Of a stretch of 64,000 nucleotides of DNA, positions 1 to 15,144 are shown in pieces; the stretch's first letter is position 1; each line of letters opens with the position of its first letter. Source of the DNA: the human T2T-CHM13v2.0 reference genome, Homo sapiens; assembly GCF_009914755.1 (NCBI RefSeq), contig NC_060931.1, one strand, 5' to 3'. A program made the translations under genes and the position numbers. A model generated the notes under the pieces. The model saw only the letters and a list, made by a program, of their open reading frames with translations, did not search any database and had not been told where the DNA came from.

Positions 1-104
1 CACCTGCCCTGGAAACTTCCATTGGCTCTTGCTCTTACTTTTATTTTATTAAAAAAATGCACGTGTAAGAGAGATGGTGTTGAATATGTTGTAATTATAA
101 ATAA

Positions 105-655
105 TGCCAACCTAAAATAATTAAAAAGGGTTAGAATCTAGTTTAATAAGAGTTTATTCAAGCACAAAGTTTGAAGACAGCCACTCAGGAAGCACAGGTT
201 ACAAAGACTAAAAGTCAGTGTTCTGATGGTAGAAGCTTAGGGTTGTTTATAGAGACAAAGTTTAAGGAAGCTAAAAAGAATTTCAACATCTTTCTGTACA
301 AGGCTGGATGCATATTTACAATGATCTGATTAGTTGAGACTGTATTTTTCTTTCAGGAAGGGTATATTTAACATTCCACCCTGAAGATGTAACAGTCATG
401 AGGTCGTTTGAACCATCTGGTCTGAGTTAGGTACATGACAATAAAAGAGGTAGTTAATCTATAACAAAGATAAGTGAATTGAAGGGGTAAGATGTCTGAT
501 CTCTAGTCTCCCCTAGTCATTTACAGAGCAAGAACAATGAAGAAGAGAGTAAATCTATAATCTAAGAAGCTGAACTTGCACACATACTATGTGACTCATC
601 TCCAAAGCTTAACTTTCCCCTTGGCGTAATAAATTAAGAGCGTCCTAAAATTACA
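105..655 (-). mobile_element. ERV1 solo LTR, MER34/MER39 (MER4-group)-like
   Basis: Begins TGCCAACCTAAAATAA...GAGTTTATTCAAGCACAAAGTTTGA, which resembles the reversed U5/polyA end of MER34/39-type LTRs. Subfamily uncertain. Confidence 0.6.
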
Positions 656-684
656 ATCCACAGATAAGTATAGATACAGCGCTT

Positions 685-845
685 TATATGTGTGTGTTTA
701 TATATATCTCTCTGTATATTTACATATATAATATATAAGTAGTAGAAGTAGAAGTAGTTTTATATATTATATATACATATATGTGTGTACATGTATACAT
801 GTGTGTATACATATGTACACATATATATGTATATATAATATATAA
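685..845. repeat. (TA)n/(TG)n low-complexity microsatellite
   Basis: Alternating TA/TG/CA runs; source of spurious ORFs 720-920 and 781-972. Confidence 0.9.
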
Positions 846-1174
846 AACTACTTCTTTTGTACATTGTATTCTGCTTCTAAGAATGACATCACTGCAAAAA
901 CAAATCCCTCCACTCCACATCCATGTTACAGTGAAACATTTCTCATTAATGCTCCATCACTTATTAATTTAAATGTTAGATTCTGTTTAGGGTATTATGT
1001 TTATAATTTTTATTCTGATTGCCATGTAAAAATATTTCGTTAAAATATTGTAAAGTATTTTTGAAATGTCTTGCTAATCTTATTATTCTGTATATTCCTT
1101 ATTAGCCCATCAGCTTCTCGAGGGACAAAAAATTACGCATTTCATTTTTATTTTGTGTGCTCAAATCTATTGTC

Positions 1175-1265
1175 TTATTCATCATTCAACAAATATTTAT
1201 TGAGCTTACGATATACCAAGCCAAGCATTAGATATTGGTAGTCCCAGAAATCTAACAATCCTGAT
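1175..1265 (-). mobile_element. L2 3' end fragment
   Basis: CATTCAACAAATATTTATTGAGC is the reverse complement of the L2 tail. Confidence 0.6.
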
Positions 1266-2510
1266 GAATTGAGTGATTATTGAAAGTGAATTTACAAATT
1301 CATCATCCTTCTATCTAAGTTTTAGTGCAGAAAGACATTGTCAATGCAGGCTAGCCTTTACTGTAGGACAAATGGAAACCTGACATTTACAAGAAAATAT
1401 AATTTCATAATGTATCTAGGAGGAAAAATATTTATCACTGCCAACCCAGGAAAAAATAGAAAACTTAACAAATGCTAGGTATTGACCAAAGAAACACATG
1501 ATCAACTGTAAATCTACCCCCAAATGAGAAAAAATGCATTTTTTCTTCTACTAGTAGCTCTAAGCAAGCGGCAGTCTACAATGTTTTTTCTTGTTCTATA
1601 GTATGTTTCAGAAACTCACAATAGGAGTTCGTTTTGAATTCTTCTGTGTAGCTCATTTTCCATTTGGGGAATCTATTTCTTATCCATTTGTCCACATCTA
1701 TAACTAGCAAATAGAGAATTCAATATAGCAAATGTGCCTACAGTAAATTCAAAATTGCCTCTCATCCATTTGTGAGCAACACATAAATAATGAAGGCGAC
1801 ATTAAAACTTCGGGTTTTTTTATTTTTACTTCTTTCTCTGAAATATCTTTTCCAGCAAAATAAATGGTTTGAAATAATTATCTATTTAGAAGCACTGCAA
1901 TAGCTGTGGGAATGTGATTGCCATTTACCTTTCAGGATTTTACGGTTCCCATGAGAAGAAGAAATTTTTTGATTCCTTGATTCTCTTTTCCTTCATTATA
2001 CTTCATTCTTAACCCATCAGTTTTTTAATTTGCCTGTAATAGATGGGGCTCAGTGTCTCAAGAGCATCCCAATTTTATGGTTATAGAAACCAGACTTAGT
2101 AGACAAAATGTTTCCTTTTGAGCAAAGACTTAGTGGTTTTAGCACCTACAAAAAAACTAAAGGAATAAAATGGAAATGCAAGGGAAACCAAAATGCATTA
2201 AAGGTTAAATTTTTCAATATTTGTATTTCTTTCTTAACTTGGCACAAATGAGATTTTTTTTCAGTTTTTTACATTTTATTTTTGACTGCTTTGAATAGTG
2301 TCGGCTTGCCAAAGTCTCACCGGACTAATGCTTACAGCAGAATTTAACACATTGCCAAACTAACCCTGAGGTGTGGTTTACACTACAGAAAAGAGTGTTT
2401 TGGCACAATTGCCAATTTAGAAAGTACGAAAGGAGTGGCAGAACTTATTGCCATAGAGTTAGAATTTTACATCTATACTGCCTATTTTTTAAAATTTAAT
2501 ATTTCATTGA

Positions 2511-2856
<346 letters not shown>

Positions 2857-3048
2857 CCTTATTTTTTTAACAGAGTGTTAAAGGTGGAGTGTGGAAGGTC
2901 TTAATAAATTATGTGTTTGCTGTGTGTATGTATTACCATATTACACATGCAGTGATAAGAAGCCATTCTCATGATACCTTGTTGGCCAAACTGGGTTGAA
3001 ATTGAATTTAAGCTCCACAGAGATTGTGACTACACATTAGTGTAGTAA

Positions 3049-3083
<35 letters not shown>

Positions 3084-3194
3084 ATGGTGTGTATATATAT
3101 ACACACACACTGCACTATATATATATACAGTCGTATACATACAGTTGCTGTATATATAGTTGTTATATATATGTGTGTGTGTGTATATACATAT

Positions 3195-3225
<31 letters not shown>

Positions 3226-3227
3226 GA
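3049..3227. repeat. compound (TA)n(CA)n(TG)n(GA)n microsatellite
   Basis: Directly visible dinucleotide runs. Confidence 0.9.
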
Positions 3228-4530
3228 ATTGTTATATTATCTTGCTAAATGGGCCACTTTCTAATTATATAATTACCATCTTTGTCTCTTTTTACAGCTT
3301 TTGACTTAAATTGTATTTTATCTGGTTTAATTCTAGCTATTCTTGCTCTTTTTTAAAGTTTCTATTTGCATGAGACATCTTTTTCCATTTCTGTACTATA
3401 GTTAGGTCCTATTTTTTTAAACCATTCAGCCACTTCTTATCTTTTGGTTGGATAATTTAATTAATTTACATTCAAAGTAATTATTGATAGGTAATAACTT
3501 ACTACACTATATTGTTCATTGTTTCCCAGTTGTTTTGAAGATTCTTTCTTCTTCTCTTACTGTCTTCTTTGTGGTGATTTTCTCTAGTGGTACAATTATT
3601 TTGTTGCTTTTTATTTTTAGTGTATCAAAGTTATTTGCTTTGTGATTATCATGAAGCTTGCAAAAGTCATCTTACAGTTATAACAGGATATTTTAAGCAA
3701 AAGCAACTTATCTTTGATCACAAAAAAGCAACTCTACACTTTAACTCTACTTCCCCTCTACATTTCAATTTTGGATGTCACAACTTTTATCATTTTATAT
3801 TGGATAATCCTTAACAAATTACTGTAGTGATTACTAATTTAATAGTTTTGTCTTTTAACCTTCATACTAATGATATACATGATTTACACACCGCCATTAT
3901 AGTATGAAGATAGTCTGAACTTTACTTTGTATTTTCTCTTACCAATGAGTTTTATTCTTTCAGATGTTTTTGTGTTAATCTTAGTGTCCTGTTCTTTCAA
4001 CTCATAGAACCCTCTTTATCATTTCTTCTAACACAGGTTTGGTGGTGATGAGCTCCCTCAGCTTTGTTTGTCTAGAAAAGTCTTTGTCTCTTTTTTATTT
4101 CTGAAGAACAGTTTTCCTGGGTATGCTACTCTTGGTTGACAGATTTTTTTTTTTCTTCAGCATGTTGGATATATTATCCAAATCTTTTCTGGACTGTAAG
4201 ATTTCTGCTGAGTGTGTCTCCAGTTAGGTATATTGGAACTTCCTTATATGTTATTTGCTGCTTTAGTCTTGCTGTTTTCAGAATTCTCTCTTTGTCTTCA
4301 ATTTTTGATAGTTTGATTTTAATATGTCTTGGGGTATTCTTATTTGTATAGAATCTGAATGAAGAACTTTGACCTTCCTGTACCTGGATATTTTTATCTT
4401 TTCCTGAGTTTGGAAATGTTTCTGCTCCTATTTCTTTAAATATGCTTTCTATTCTTTTAATATTTCTCTTTCCTTTATTTAACTTCTATAACTCATATAG
4501 TTGCTTTTTTGATGTTGTCTCATAATTCTT
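3228..4530 (-). mobile_element. Old L1M (L1MA-class) fragment: ORF1 3' part, inter-ORF and ORF2 start
   Basis: Antisense L1 EN-start motifs (TTTGTCTCTTTTTACAGCTTTTGACTTAAA...TTTCTATTTGCATG). The inter-ORF segment is homologous to 61.5-62.3 kb. Confidence 0.8.
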
Positions 4531-5383
4531 ATGCACACTGGAATGGAATGGAAAAATACCTTCAAAATTCTATGAAGAAAAAATATAGATGTAAAATTCT
4601 CTACATAACTAAACTATCAGTGAAACAGTGGGTTAGATGAACAAATTTATATATGCTGGAGCCTAAAAGAAAAACCAACTTTACTCACTTACTCTCCCTC
4701 AGCAGAGAGAATAAGATATGTGAAGGCGCTCATCAAATTCAAATAAATGACATTACAGTTATTGAAATATATAATACATGGGAGAATGAAAGAAGATTGG
4801 GAAAAAGGAGTGAGGTACAAGGACTATTACAAGAATGTGGCTGAAAAACAGAAAATGTTTCAAAATGATTGTAACTGTTATTACAAGCTATATATCAGTT
4901 ATTATTAAAAACAAAAAACTTGCATAAATTAAAATAAAAAGGCCGACACTGCAGTGGGAGGAAAAGGACAATATATATGCAAGAATAACTTACTGAAAAG
5001 ACACAGGAGTGGCCAATGAAAAACAAAGAATGCATGTTCAACCTATCATTAAGAAGAATAATAAATGAAATACCACAATTACCTATTGACTGAGAATCAA
5101 ATTTATGTATAATGCCAATGTTAGTGTGTTTTGGAGAACTGCCAATGCCAATGTTAATTGTTATAATCTTTCCAAAATATCGACATTGAATGTTGCCTGC
5201 ATCAACACTAAAATAGGCTTAATCTTTGACCTTACTATTCCACCTTTTATTATAAATGATTGGGAATAGCTCTTAAAGGACATTGAAATGTTTCTATTAC
5301 AACATAATTTATCACAGTAAAAATTTAGAAATAGTGTTCATTTTTACATGTTGGCTTAAAACTGTAAAATAAAATAGAGTGTA

Positions 5384-6703
<1,320 letters not shown>

Positions 6704-6960
6704 TAGATTTTTTTAATTTTACAGTTATCAAGCACATTTATTATGTGTTGCATATGGTATATTGAATCTTAATTCTGTGTTATATCTTAATTTTTATGAA
6801 ACAACCTACTGTAGTTATAAATATGATAATAAATTAGAAAATATTCATAAAGGAATAATGTTAAGTGGATAAGGTAAAATACTAAGCAGCAACGATGACA
6901 TTCCTAAACTTGCAAGATTATTAATGTAGATATACATATGCATAGAAAAATCTTAAGGCT

Positions 6961-7321
<361 letters not shown>

Positions 7322-8424
7322 TTATGAATGATTTATGTTCTGTCTTTTCTGTTGGCATTTCTTTTTATATTTTTCTTCTGTGAACACCTGTTGCTATAAA
7401 AATACTCAGTGCACGTGATAATAAACATATAAAGCATTCTGTATAGTCTCACTGACATTTGAAAAAAGCCTCTAGGTTTTATTTCTCATTGTGATCATTG
7501 CAATGGGCATCAGAACTGCATGTGTAAAAACGATCTTGTCTGTTCTTGTTATCGTCTGCACCCTTTATCTAACATCTGTATCACTGCTTAGCTGGAAGCA
7601 TCTCCTTTAGCACGGCACTGCCATGTTTTATGTTCTAATGTAAACTTGTGTGACTTAGCTATGGTTAAATAGAAATAACTGGTGTTTCAGCTTGATTTTT
7701 GTAACAGATTCTGAGGCACGTTTTTCTGTCTCAACCCGGGAATATCCATTTCTGCACCAGGACAAATTAATTACAATACTGATGTTTAAGTATTTATGGT
7801 TAGTCAAATCTTGAATCAAATCGTAACAGAAATGGAAAACAGAAAATAAGAAGAGAGAGGAGAAGGGGAGGAGGAAAAAGGCGCAGCAGCAACAGCTATT
7901 TTGAGAGATTGGGAAGGATCTTAATTGAAAAAAATTGTTCTTTCCCCAGGCTTGGTCGGCGAATCACTTAATCCACTCATCCCTTCGTCTTTTCATAGAA
8001 TTAGGAAAGATATTTAGCTCAGGCCCTAGAATCAGACTAATGCTGACTCGTTCTTGTCTCGAAGGGCTTTCTACAATTTACTGCATTCAGCTCCATACTA
8101 TTAATAATAATGTTGCTGCTTTTCTTAAAATCCATGTTGGAAATGTAAGAAAATGTAAAGAAAATTTTATTTCATATTTCATTTTACATCTCCAAAGCCC
8201 CCACCATCTCCAGAAAGAGTACAATGATCATTTTCTTTGTCTCTTTATATTTGAACAATCATCACAACACTAAAACTACTTCGCCGTTGTGCTAAGACCT
8301 CCTCCTGCCTAGATTGCCACCATGGCCCACCTTCTCCAATTTAGAAGAGGGAAAGGTGGGGCCAAAGAGAGACCTTTGGTGGGTTTTCTACCAATAAGTT
8401 TAAAAAGATACTGAAAAGGAGACC

Positions 8425-8549
8425 CTTCCTTCCTTCCCTTCCTTCCTTCCTTCCTTCCTTTCCTTCTTTCCTTCCTTCCTTCCTTCTTTCCTTCCTTCCT
8501 TCCTTTCTTCTTTCCTTCCTTCCTCCCTTTTCTTTCTCTCTCTCTCTCT
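8425..8549. repeat. (TTCC)n/(TC)n polypyrimidine tract
   Basis: About 125 bp of pure pyrimidines. Confidence 0.92.
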
Positions 8550-8961
8550 GCTTCAAATACACTTTTTATTCCCCTGTAGAATCAGAAAATATCTGACTGC
8601 TTGAGTCTAAATCTACCAGACTAAGGAAGCCTCGGAAAAGCTTTTACTATTTCCTCTTCCCTGTCTGTGATTTTTAAAAGCATAGAAATAAAAGTTCATT
8701 GTTTTTATGTTATTTGTCTAAATATATTTCCATGATATATTTTAATAAAACATTCCTTAGGTATTTATAGTTATAGGATTGATGGAACAGATATAATATA
8801 AAGTAAGTAAAAAATCTTCATTTCAAATAAAGTATCCAAAACAAAAATTTGATTATTGAGCTTTAATAACATTTTTTAGGTTTAGGGGAGGCTTAATTTG
8901 GGGAACTGGCTATTAGAAAAAAATTATTTGAAATTGCAATAGATAATGAGCTTTAAAGGTA

Positions 8962-9211
8962 AAAGGTTGGTGCAAAAGTAATTACAGTTTCAGTCTGTGA
9001 ATTTAAAATCATGTATAACTAGGCTCAAACACATCTTTATTAATTAAAATAGGAACCATTACAATCAACACATTATTGCCAAGGAGAAGTAAATTTATTC
9101 CTGTAGCGTAAAAAGCCATGCTTCAGGATTTGATGAATTCTTGGAAAGCATTTTCTACATCTTGCTGGTTCCAACAACTCAAAAACTGCAATTACTTTTT
9201 CACTCACCTAA
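8962..9211 (-). mobile_element. HSMAR1 mariner, internally deleted, both TIRs present
   Basis: TIRs AGGTTGGTGCAAAAGTAATT / AATTACTTTTTCACTCACCTAA with flanking TA; the minus strand encodes transposase C-terminal remnants (NQQDVENAFQEF..., ...YATGIN). Confidence 0.9.
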
Positions 9212-9387
9212 TATTAGATTAGAAAAAGATCATTATTTAAAACTGATAATTGAAAAAGAGCAAATACAAGCATTCACAAAATCCCCCCAAAAAAGCATCT
9301 TTATAGATATTTTTGTTCCTGTAGATTTAGACTGCATCTTCTTTCATTGTCATTTCTTATGACAATTATTTGCAATAAAAATATCAA

Positions 9388-9560
9388 TTTATTTATTTAT
9401 TTATTTATTTTTGAGATGGAGTTTCACTGTTGTTGCCCAGGTTGGAGTGCAGTGGCGTGACCTCAGCTCCCTGTAACTTCTGCCTCCCATGTACGAGTAG
9501 TTCTCTTGCCTCAGCCTCCTGAGTATCTGGGATTACAGGCACCTGCCATCACACCTGGCT
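9388..9560 (-). mobile_element. Alu right monomer only (5'-truncated AluSq/Sp-like)
   Basis: (TTTA)n tail and GAGTTTCACTGTTGTTGCCCAGG; stops at the middle A-rich linker; TSD-like TAAAAATAT(C/G)AA on both sides. Confidence 0.88.
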
Positions 9561-9737
9561 AAAAATATGAAGTTAGAAAAAAAAAAGTTTGGTCATTCTG
9601 CTAAAGTGGTGGTGTACATTTTGAGTTGTCATTTTTTAAATTTTTTTCTCCAGCTTCTCAAATTGTCATTAGCAATGTCATATAAATTTGTAAATTTTTA
9701 AGATAATTGACAGCTTTGTGAACACCCCTATCAAGTT

Positions 9738-9739
9738 CC

Positions 9740-9794
<55 letters not shown>

Positions 9795-9907
9795 CATACA
9801 CACACACACACATATATCTTTCTATATATATTGTATATATATACTATATATATACATATATATCTTTCTAGATATATATAGTGTGTATGTATGTGTGTGT
9901 GTGTGTA

Positions 9908-9968
<61 letters not shown>
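9738..9968. repeat. compound (CT)n(TA)n(CA)n...(TG)n(TA)n microsatellite
   Basis: Directly visible runs. Confidence 0.92.
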
Positions 9969-9986
9969 CTTTCAAAATATTTCAAA

Positions 9987-10285
9987 GCCAGGCATGGTAG
10001 CTCATGCCTGTAATTCAAACATGTTGGGAGGCTGAGGCAGGATGATTGCTTGAGATCAGGGGTTTGAGACCAGCCTGGGCAACATAGCAAAACCCTGTTG
10101 CTACAAAAAATAAAATAAAATTAGCTGGACATGGTGGGGTGCCTGTAGTCCCAGCTACTCAGGAGACTGAGGTGGGAGGATCACTTGAACCTATTACTTC
10201 GAGGCTACAGCGAGCTATAATGGTGCCATTGCCCTGCAGCATGAATGACAAAGGCAGAATTTGTTTCAGCAACAACAACAACAAA
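9987..10285 (+). mobile_element. AluJ
   Basis: J diagnostics GATTGCTTGAG, AACATAGCAAAACC, GGTGGGAGGATCACTTGA, GAGGCTACAGCGAGCTATAAT; (CAA)n tail. Confidence 0.92.
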
Positions 10286-11289
10286 ATTTCAAGTTTTATA
10301 ATATTTGATGTAGCCCTTAATTTTAAATGCTTTTTAAAATTTATAACAAATTTTTCTCACCTTATAATAGCATATAAAAAGTTTTATGTTACCTTTGTTG
10401 ATGTTAGTGTATTTTGTCAAATGAGCAAAAGGTACATTTGAATGAAGGTATTCATATAAGTTACTACTTGGATTATCAAAAAAAGCCAAGCAGCTATTCT
10501 GTTTGCTATTTATCTTTTTCTCTTAATAAATCCCTTGTTTGGTATTATTTAAAACAAGGGCCAAATATTTTATGCCAATTTCTTTGCATATTGCATGTGA
10601 TATTTTCTCCTATGACTCTGGGGTTGGATAGTGGTGACACAGACCATGTTGCCTGCAAAGCCTAAAATAAAGACAGAAAAATTATTTTTGACAGAAAATT
10701 AAGTTCATGATGTAAGATAATTTTGTGGTAATTTTTGTTATAATTTGTTCTCAATGTTAAAATAATTTCTGTTAATTTTATTGCTTATCTTTATTTGTTG
10801 TGTCATTTTCTATTAATTTTGCATCTAAATATTATCTCTATACTTTTATAAATTAATGTTAGTCTGACAAAAAAAATAGCCTTCATTTAGGGCCTAATCA
10901 GGAGTTTGAACTTCTCAATTATATTTAAATCAAACATTCCAAAACATATGTTCACATTACAGTATATAAGTGCTTTATAAAATGTATTTCCTTCAGTAAA
11001 ACAATAAATTTTGAGTATATAATTGTGTATGATACATTATGAAGTAGAAGACAACTCTTTGGATGAGGTGTTGAATTAAATACATTCCTTGCAATTTTAT
11101 ACATCTGATTGTTGCAAGCATTCTCCACAAATTAACTTGTGGTGGTGTACATGACAAAGCTTTTTTCTTTACAACACAGGACACAGATGTTGGGCCTCAT
11201 ATGACTTGTTCCTATCATTATGCAACCTCACACTGTGTAATTCATGTAGCAATGCTGTATAGACTGGCAGGTAGACAGAGGAGCAATTT

Positions 11290-11500
11290 CAACATTACTA
11301 GGCTTTAGGGGAAGTGTGATGGAGAGGAAGCAGGAATAATACAATGGTTATAGCCAGTCATGCTTAACTATATTACTTTTGCAAGTTTTATGAAAATACC
11401 TGCTATGAGAAGACACTGCAAGAGCTCCTCCCAGGGCCTTTAACCGACTGTGTAAGTGAGGGGCTTAAGCTTCATTTTCTTCATAATAGGTTCATCTTTG
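11290..11500 (-). mobile_element. hAT-Tip100 DNA transposon end (Arthur1/MER69-like)
   Basis: CTCCCAGGGCCTT...GTGAGGGGCTTAAGCTTCATT...CTTCA resembles the recalled terminal region. Confidence 0.45.
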
Positions 11501-12670
11501 CATATCAGGATACATAGAAGGAAAGATAAAACAATTTTGAAAGCCAATCAAAGCATATATAAAGCCTAGATGGGCACATATTTTTTATTGTGACATTAAG
11601 ATAGATAGGATAAATGAAATTGTCAAGATACATGCAAGCTTCTGCCCCAGGGCATTTCCCCTATACGGAAACAGACCTCAGATCGCACTCTTCCAGCAGT
11701 CTTATCCCCTGATGTCTCTGAACTACATCGGTACTTCAGATTCTATTTTTATAGTTCTTTGCTTTTGCCACAACCTCTCGTCTGATTTCTCCACGTTGCC
11801 TGGTAAACCTCTATGGTCCTGAGGTTTTGACTCTGATCTGAAAACTGTCCCTCTTCTGCAGGTCTTTTTTCCATCACCATCCTTTTCAAAGCTGCTAATT
11901 TAGACAAATTTCCTGAGGTTCTAGTGGAAGTGGGGCTACAAATACCCTTGCATTATTTAGTCATAATTATTTCTGGGAAGAAATCTAAATTTCTTGTTTT
12001 GTTTTCTCAGTTATATCACAATGCATTTGTTGAATTGAAATTGTGATCTTCAAGCCTCGTTTTCCTAATTTGTCCCTTAAAGAAGGGAATAGGCCAATGT
12101 TCTCATGGTGCCATTGCTTTGATGTTGAGGCACTTACAGACCTGATCCAGGACTCTTAACATTTCTCCCTGTTCAAGGTCCATTATGTGGTGCAGAGCCA
12201 TGGTGAAGGATATGAGCACAAAGCTCTGTGGGTTTTGTTTTCCTTTGTTTTTGTCTTTTTAATCTGTAAATTGATTCTTGCTAATCACTTGAGGAAAACA
12301 ATGACATAATAATACTATGTGCGAAGAATTTAGCAAAAATTGGTGCTCATCTGTCAGGAAATGATTAATATGATTCCAAGGATGAAATGTGGAAGCATTA
12401 ACAAGAGAAACAATAACAACAGTGATTTTTGCCTTAGGTATCAGAGGCCCCAAAATACAAATTTCCTAAATCCATTAGAAAAATAATTGCCTTAATATGA
12501 AAACATGTGCATCTAACAACTTTCTGAAATAATTATATTATCTGAAAGTACATGTAGATGGTCTGGCTTTCTTTAAAGATGTTTATAAAAATTCAAGATA
12601 AATGGTTAATAACCTTCTATCCTTGGGAATCCTAATTTTGCCATTCTTTATGCAGACAATTACTTTTCTT

Positions 12671-15144
12671 TCTTTTTTTATAATACTTTAAGTTCTGGGA
12701 TACATGTGCAGGTTTGTTACATAGGTATACACATGCCACAGTGGTTTGCTGCACCCATTAACCCGCCATCTACATTAGGTATTTCTCCTAATGCTCTCCC
12801 TCCCCTTGCCCCCCACCACCAACAGGCACCGATGTGTGATCTTCCCCTCTCTGTGTCCGTGTGTTCTCAGTGTTTAATTACCACTTATGAGTGAGAATAT
12901 GTGGTGTTTGTTTTCTGTTCTTGTGTTAATTTGCTGAGAATGATGGTTTCCACCTTTATCCATGTCCCTGCAAAGGACATGAACTCATTCTTTTCTATGG
13001 CTGCATAATATTCCATGGTGTATATGTGCCACATTTTTTTTAGCCAGTCTATCATTGATGGGGATCTGGGCTGGTTCCAAGTCTTTGCTATTGTGGATAG
13101 TGCTGCAATAAACAGACTTGTGCATGTGTCTTTAGAGTAGAATGATTTATAATCCTTTGGGCATATACCTAGTCATGGGATTGCTGGGTCTAATGGTATT
13201 TCTGGTTCTAGATCCCTGAATAATTGCCACACTGTCTTCCACAATGGTTGAACTAATTTACGCTCCCACCAACAGTGTAAAAGTGTTCCTATTTCTCCAC
13301 ATCCTCTCCAGCATCTGTTGTTTCCTGACTTTTTAATAATCACCTTTCTAACTGGCGTGAGATGGTATCTCATCGTGGTTTTGATTTGCATTTCTGTAAT
13401 GACCAATGATTATGAGCTTTTTTTCATATGTTTGTTGGCCACATAAATGTCCGCTTTTGAGAAGTGTCTGTTCATATCCTTCACCCACTTTTTGATGGGC
13501 TTGTTTGATTTTTTCTTGTAAATTTGCTTAAGTTCCTTGTAGATTCTGGATATTAGCCCTTTGTCAGATGGATAGATTGCAGAATTTTTCTCCCATTCTA
13601 CAGGTTGCCTGTTCACTCTGATGATAGTTTATTTTGCTGTGCACAAGCTCTTTAGTTTAATTAGATCCCATTTGTCAATTTTGGCTTTTGTGGCCATTGC
13701 TTTTGGTGTTTTACATATGAAGAGTTTGCCCATGTCTATATTCTGAATGGTATTGCCTAGGTTTTCTTCTAGGGTTTTTATGGTTTTAGGTCTTATATTT
13801 AAGTCCTTAATCCATCTTGAGTTAATTTTTGTATAAGGTGTGAGGAAGGGGTCCAGTTTCGGTTTTCTGCATATGGCTAGCTAATTTTCCCAACACCATT
13901 TATTAAATAGGGAATGCTTTCCCCATTGCTTGTTTTTATCAGGTTTGTCAAAGATCCGATGGTTGTAGATGTGTGACATTATTTCTGAGGCATCTGTTTG
14001 TTCCATTGGTCTATATGTCTGTTTTGTTACCAGTACCATGCTGTTTTGGTTACTGTAGCCTTGTAAGATAATTTGAAGTCAGGTAGTGTGATTTCTCCAG
14101 CTTTGTTCTTTTTGCATAGGATTGTCTTGACTATACGGGCTCTTTTTTGTTTCCATATAAAATTTAAAATAGTTTTTCTAATTCTGTGAAGAAAGTCAAT
14201 GGTAGCTTGATGGGGATATCATTTAATCTGTAAGTTACTTTGGGCAGTATGGCCATTTTCGCGATATTGATTCTTCCTATCCATGAGCATGGAATGTTTT
14301 TACATCATCCTGATACCAAAACCTGGCAGAGACATAACAAAAGAAAATTTCAGGCCAGTATCCCTGATGAACATCGACACAAAAATCCTCAATAAAATAC
14401 TGGCAAACCGAATACAGCAGCACATTAAAAACTTATCCGCCATGATGAAGACAGCTTCATCCCTGGGATGCAAGGCTGGTTCAACATACACAAATCAATA
14501 GACATAATCCATCACATAAACAGAACCAATGAGAAAAGCTACATGATAATCTCAATAGATGCTGAAAAGGCCTTCGATAAAATTTAACACCTCTTCATGC
14601 TAAAAACTCTCAATAAACTAGGTATTGTTGGAACATATCTCAAAATAATAAGAGCTATTTATGACAGACCCACAGCCAATATCATACTGAATGGGCAAAA
14701 GTTGGAAGCATTCCATTTGAAAACTGGCACAAGACAAGTATGCCCTCTCTCACCACTCCTATTCAACAGAGTATTGGAAGTTCTGGCCAGGGCAATCAGG
14801 CAAGGAAAGAAATAAAATGTATTCAAAAAGGAAAAGAGGAAGTCAAATTGTCTCTGTTTGCAGATAATATGATTGTATGTTTAGGAAACCCCATCGCCTC
14901 AGCCACAAGTCTCCTGAAGCTGATAAGCAACTTCGGCGAAGTCTCAGGATATAAAATCAATGTGCAAAAATCACAAGCATTCCTATACACCAATAATAGA
15001 CAAACAAAGAGCCAAATCATGAGTGAACTCCCATTCACAATTGCTACACAGAAAATAAAATACCTAAGAATACAACTTACAAGGGATGTGAAGGACCTCT
15101 TTAAGGAGAACTACAAACCACAGCTCAAGGAAATAAGAAAGGAC
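12671..15144 (-). mobile_element. L1PA7/8, 5'-truncated with 5' inversion (3' part on minus 12671-~14301; inverted ORF2 part on plus ~14302-15144)
   Basis: L1PA7-type 3'UTR. ORF2 C-terminal peptides on minus ([14 protein letters not shown]) and RT peptides on plus ([20 protein letters not shown]). TSD ACTTTTCTT at 12662-12670 and 15143-15151. Confidence 0.95.

Noticed and set aside
3228-4530. Similarity to 61.1-62.4 kb as a segmental duplication
   Set aside because: Divergence is high and similarity is confined to L1 sequence, so these are two copies of related L1M families.
4539-4552. GGAATGGAATGGAA as HSATII/III satellite
   Set aside because: Fewer than three units; chance.
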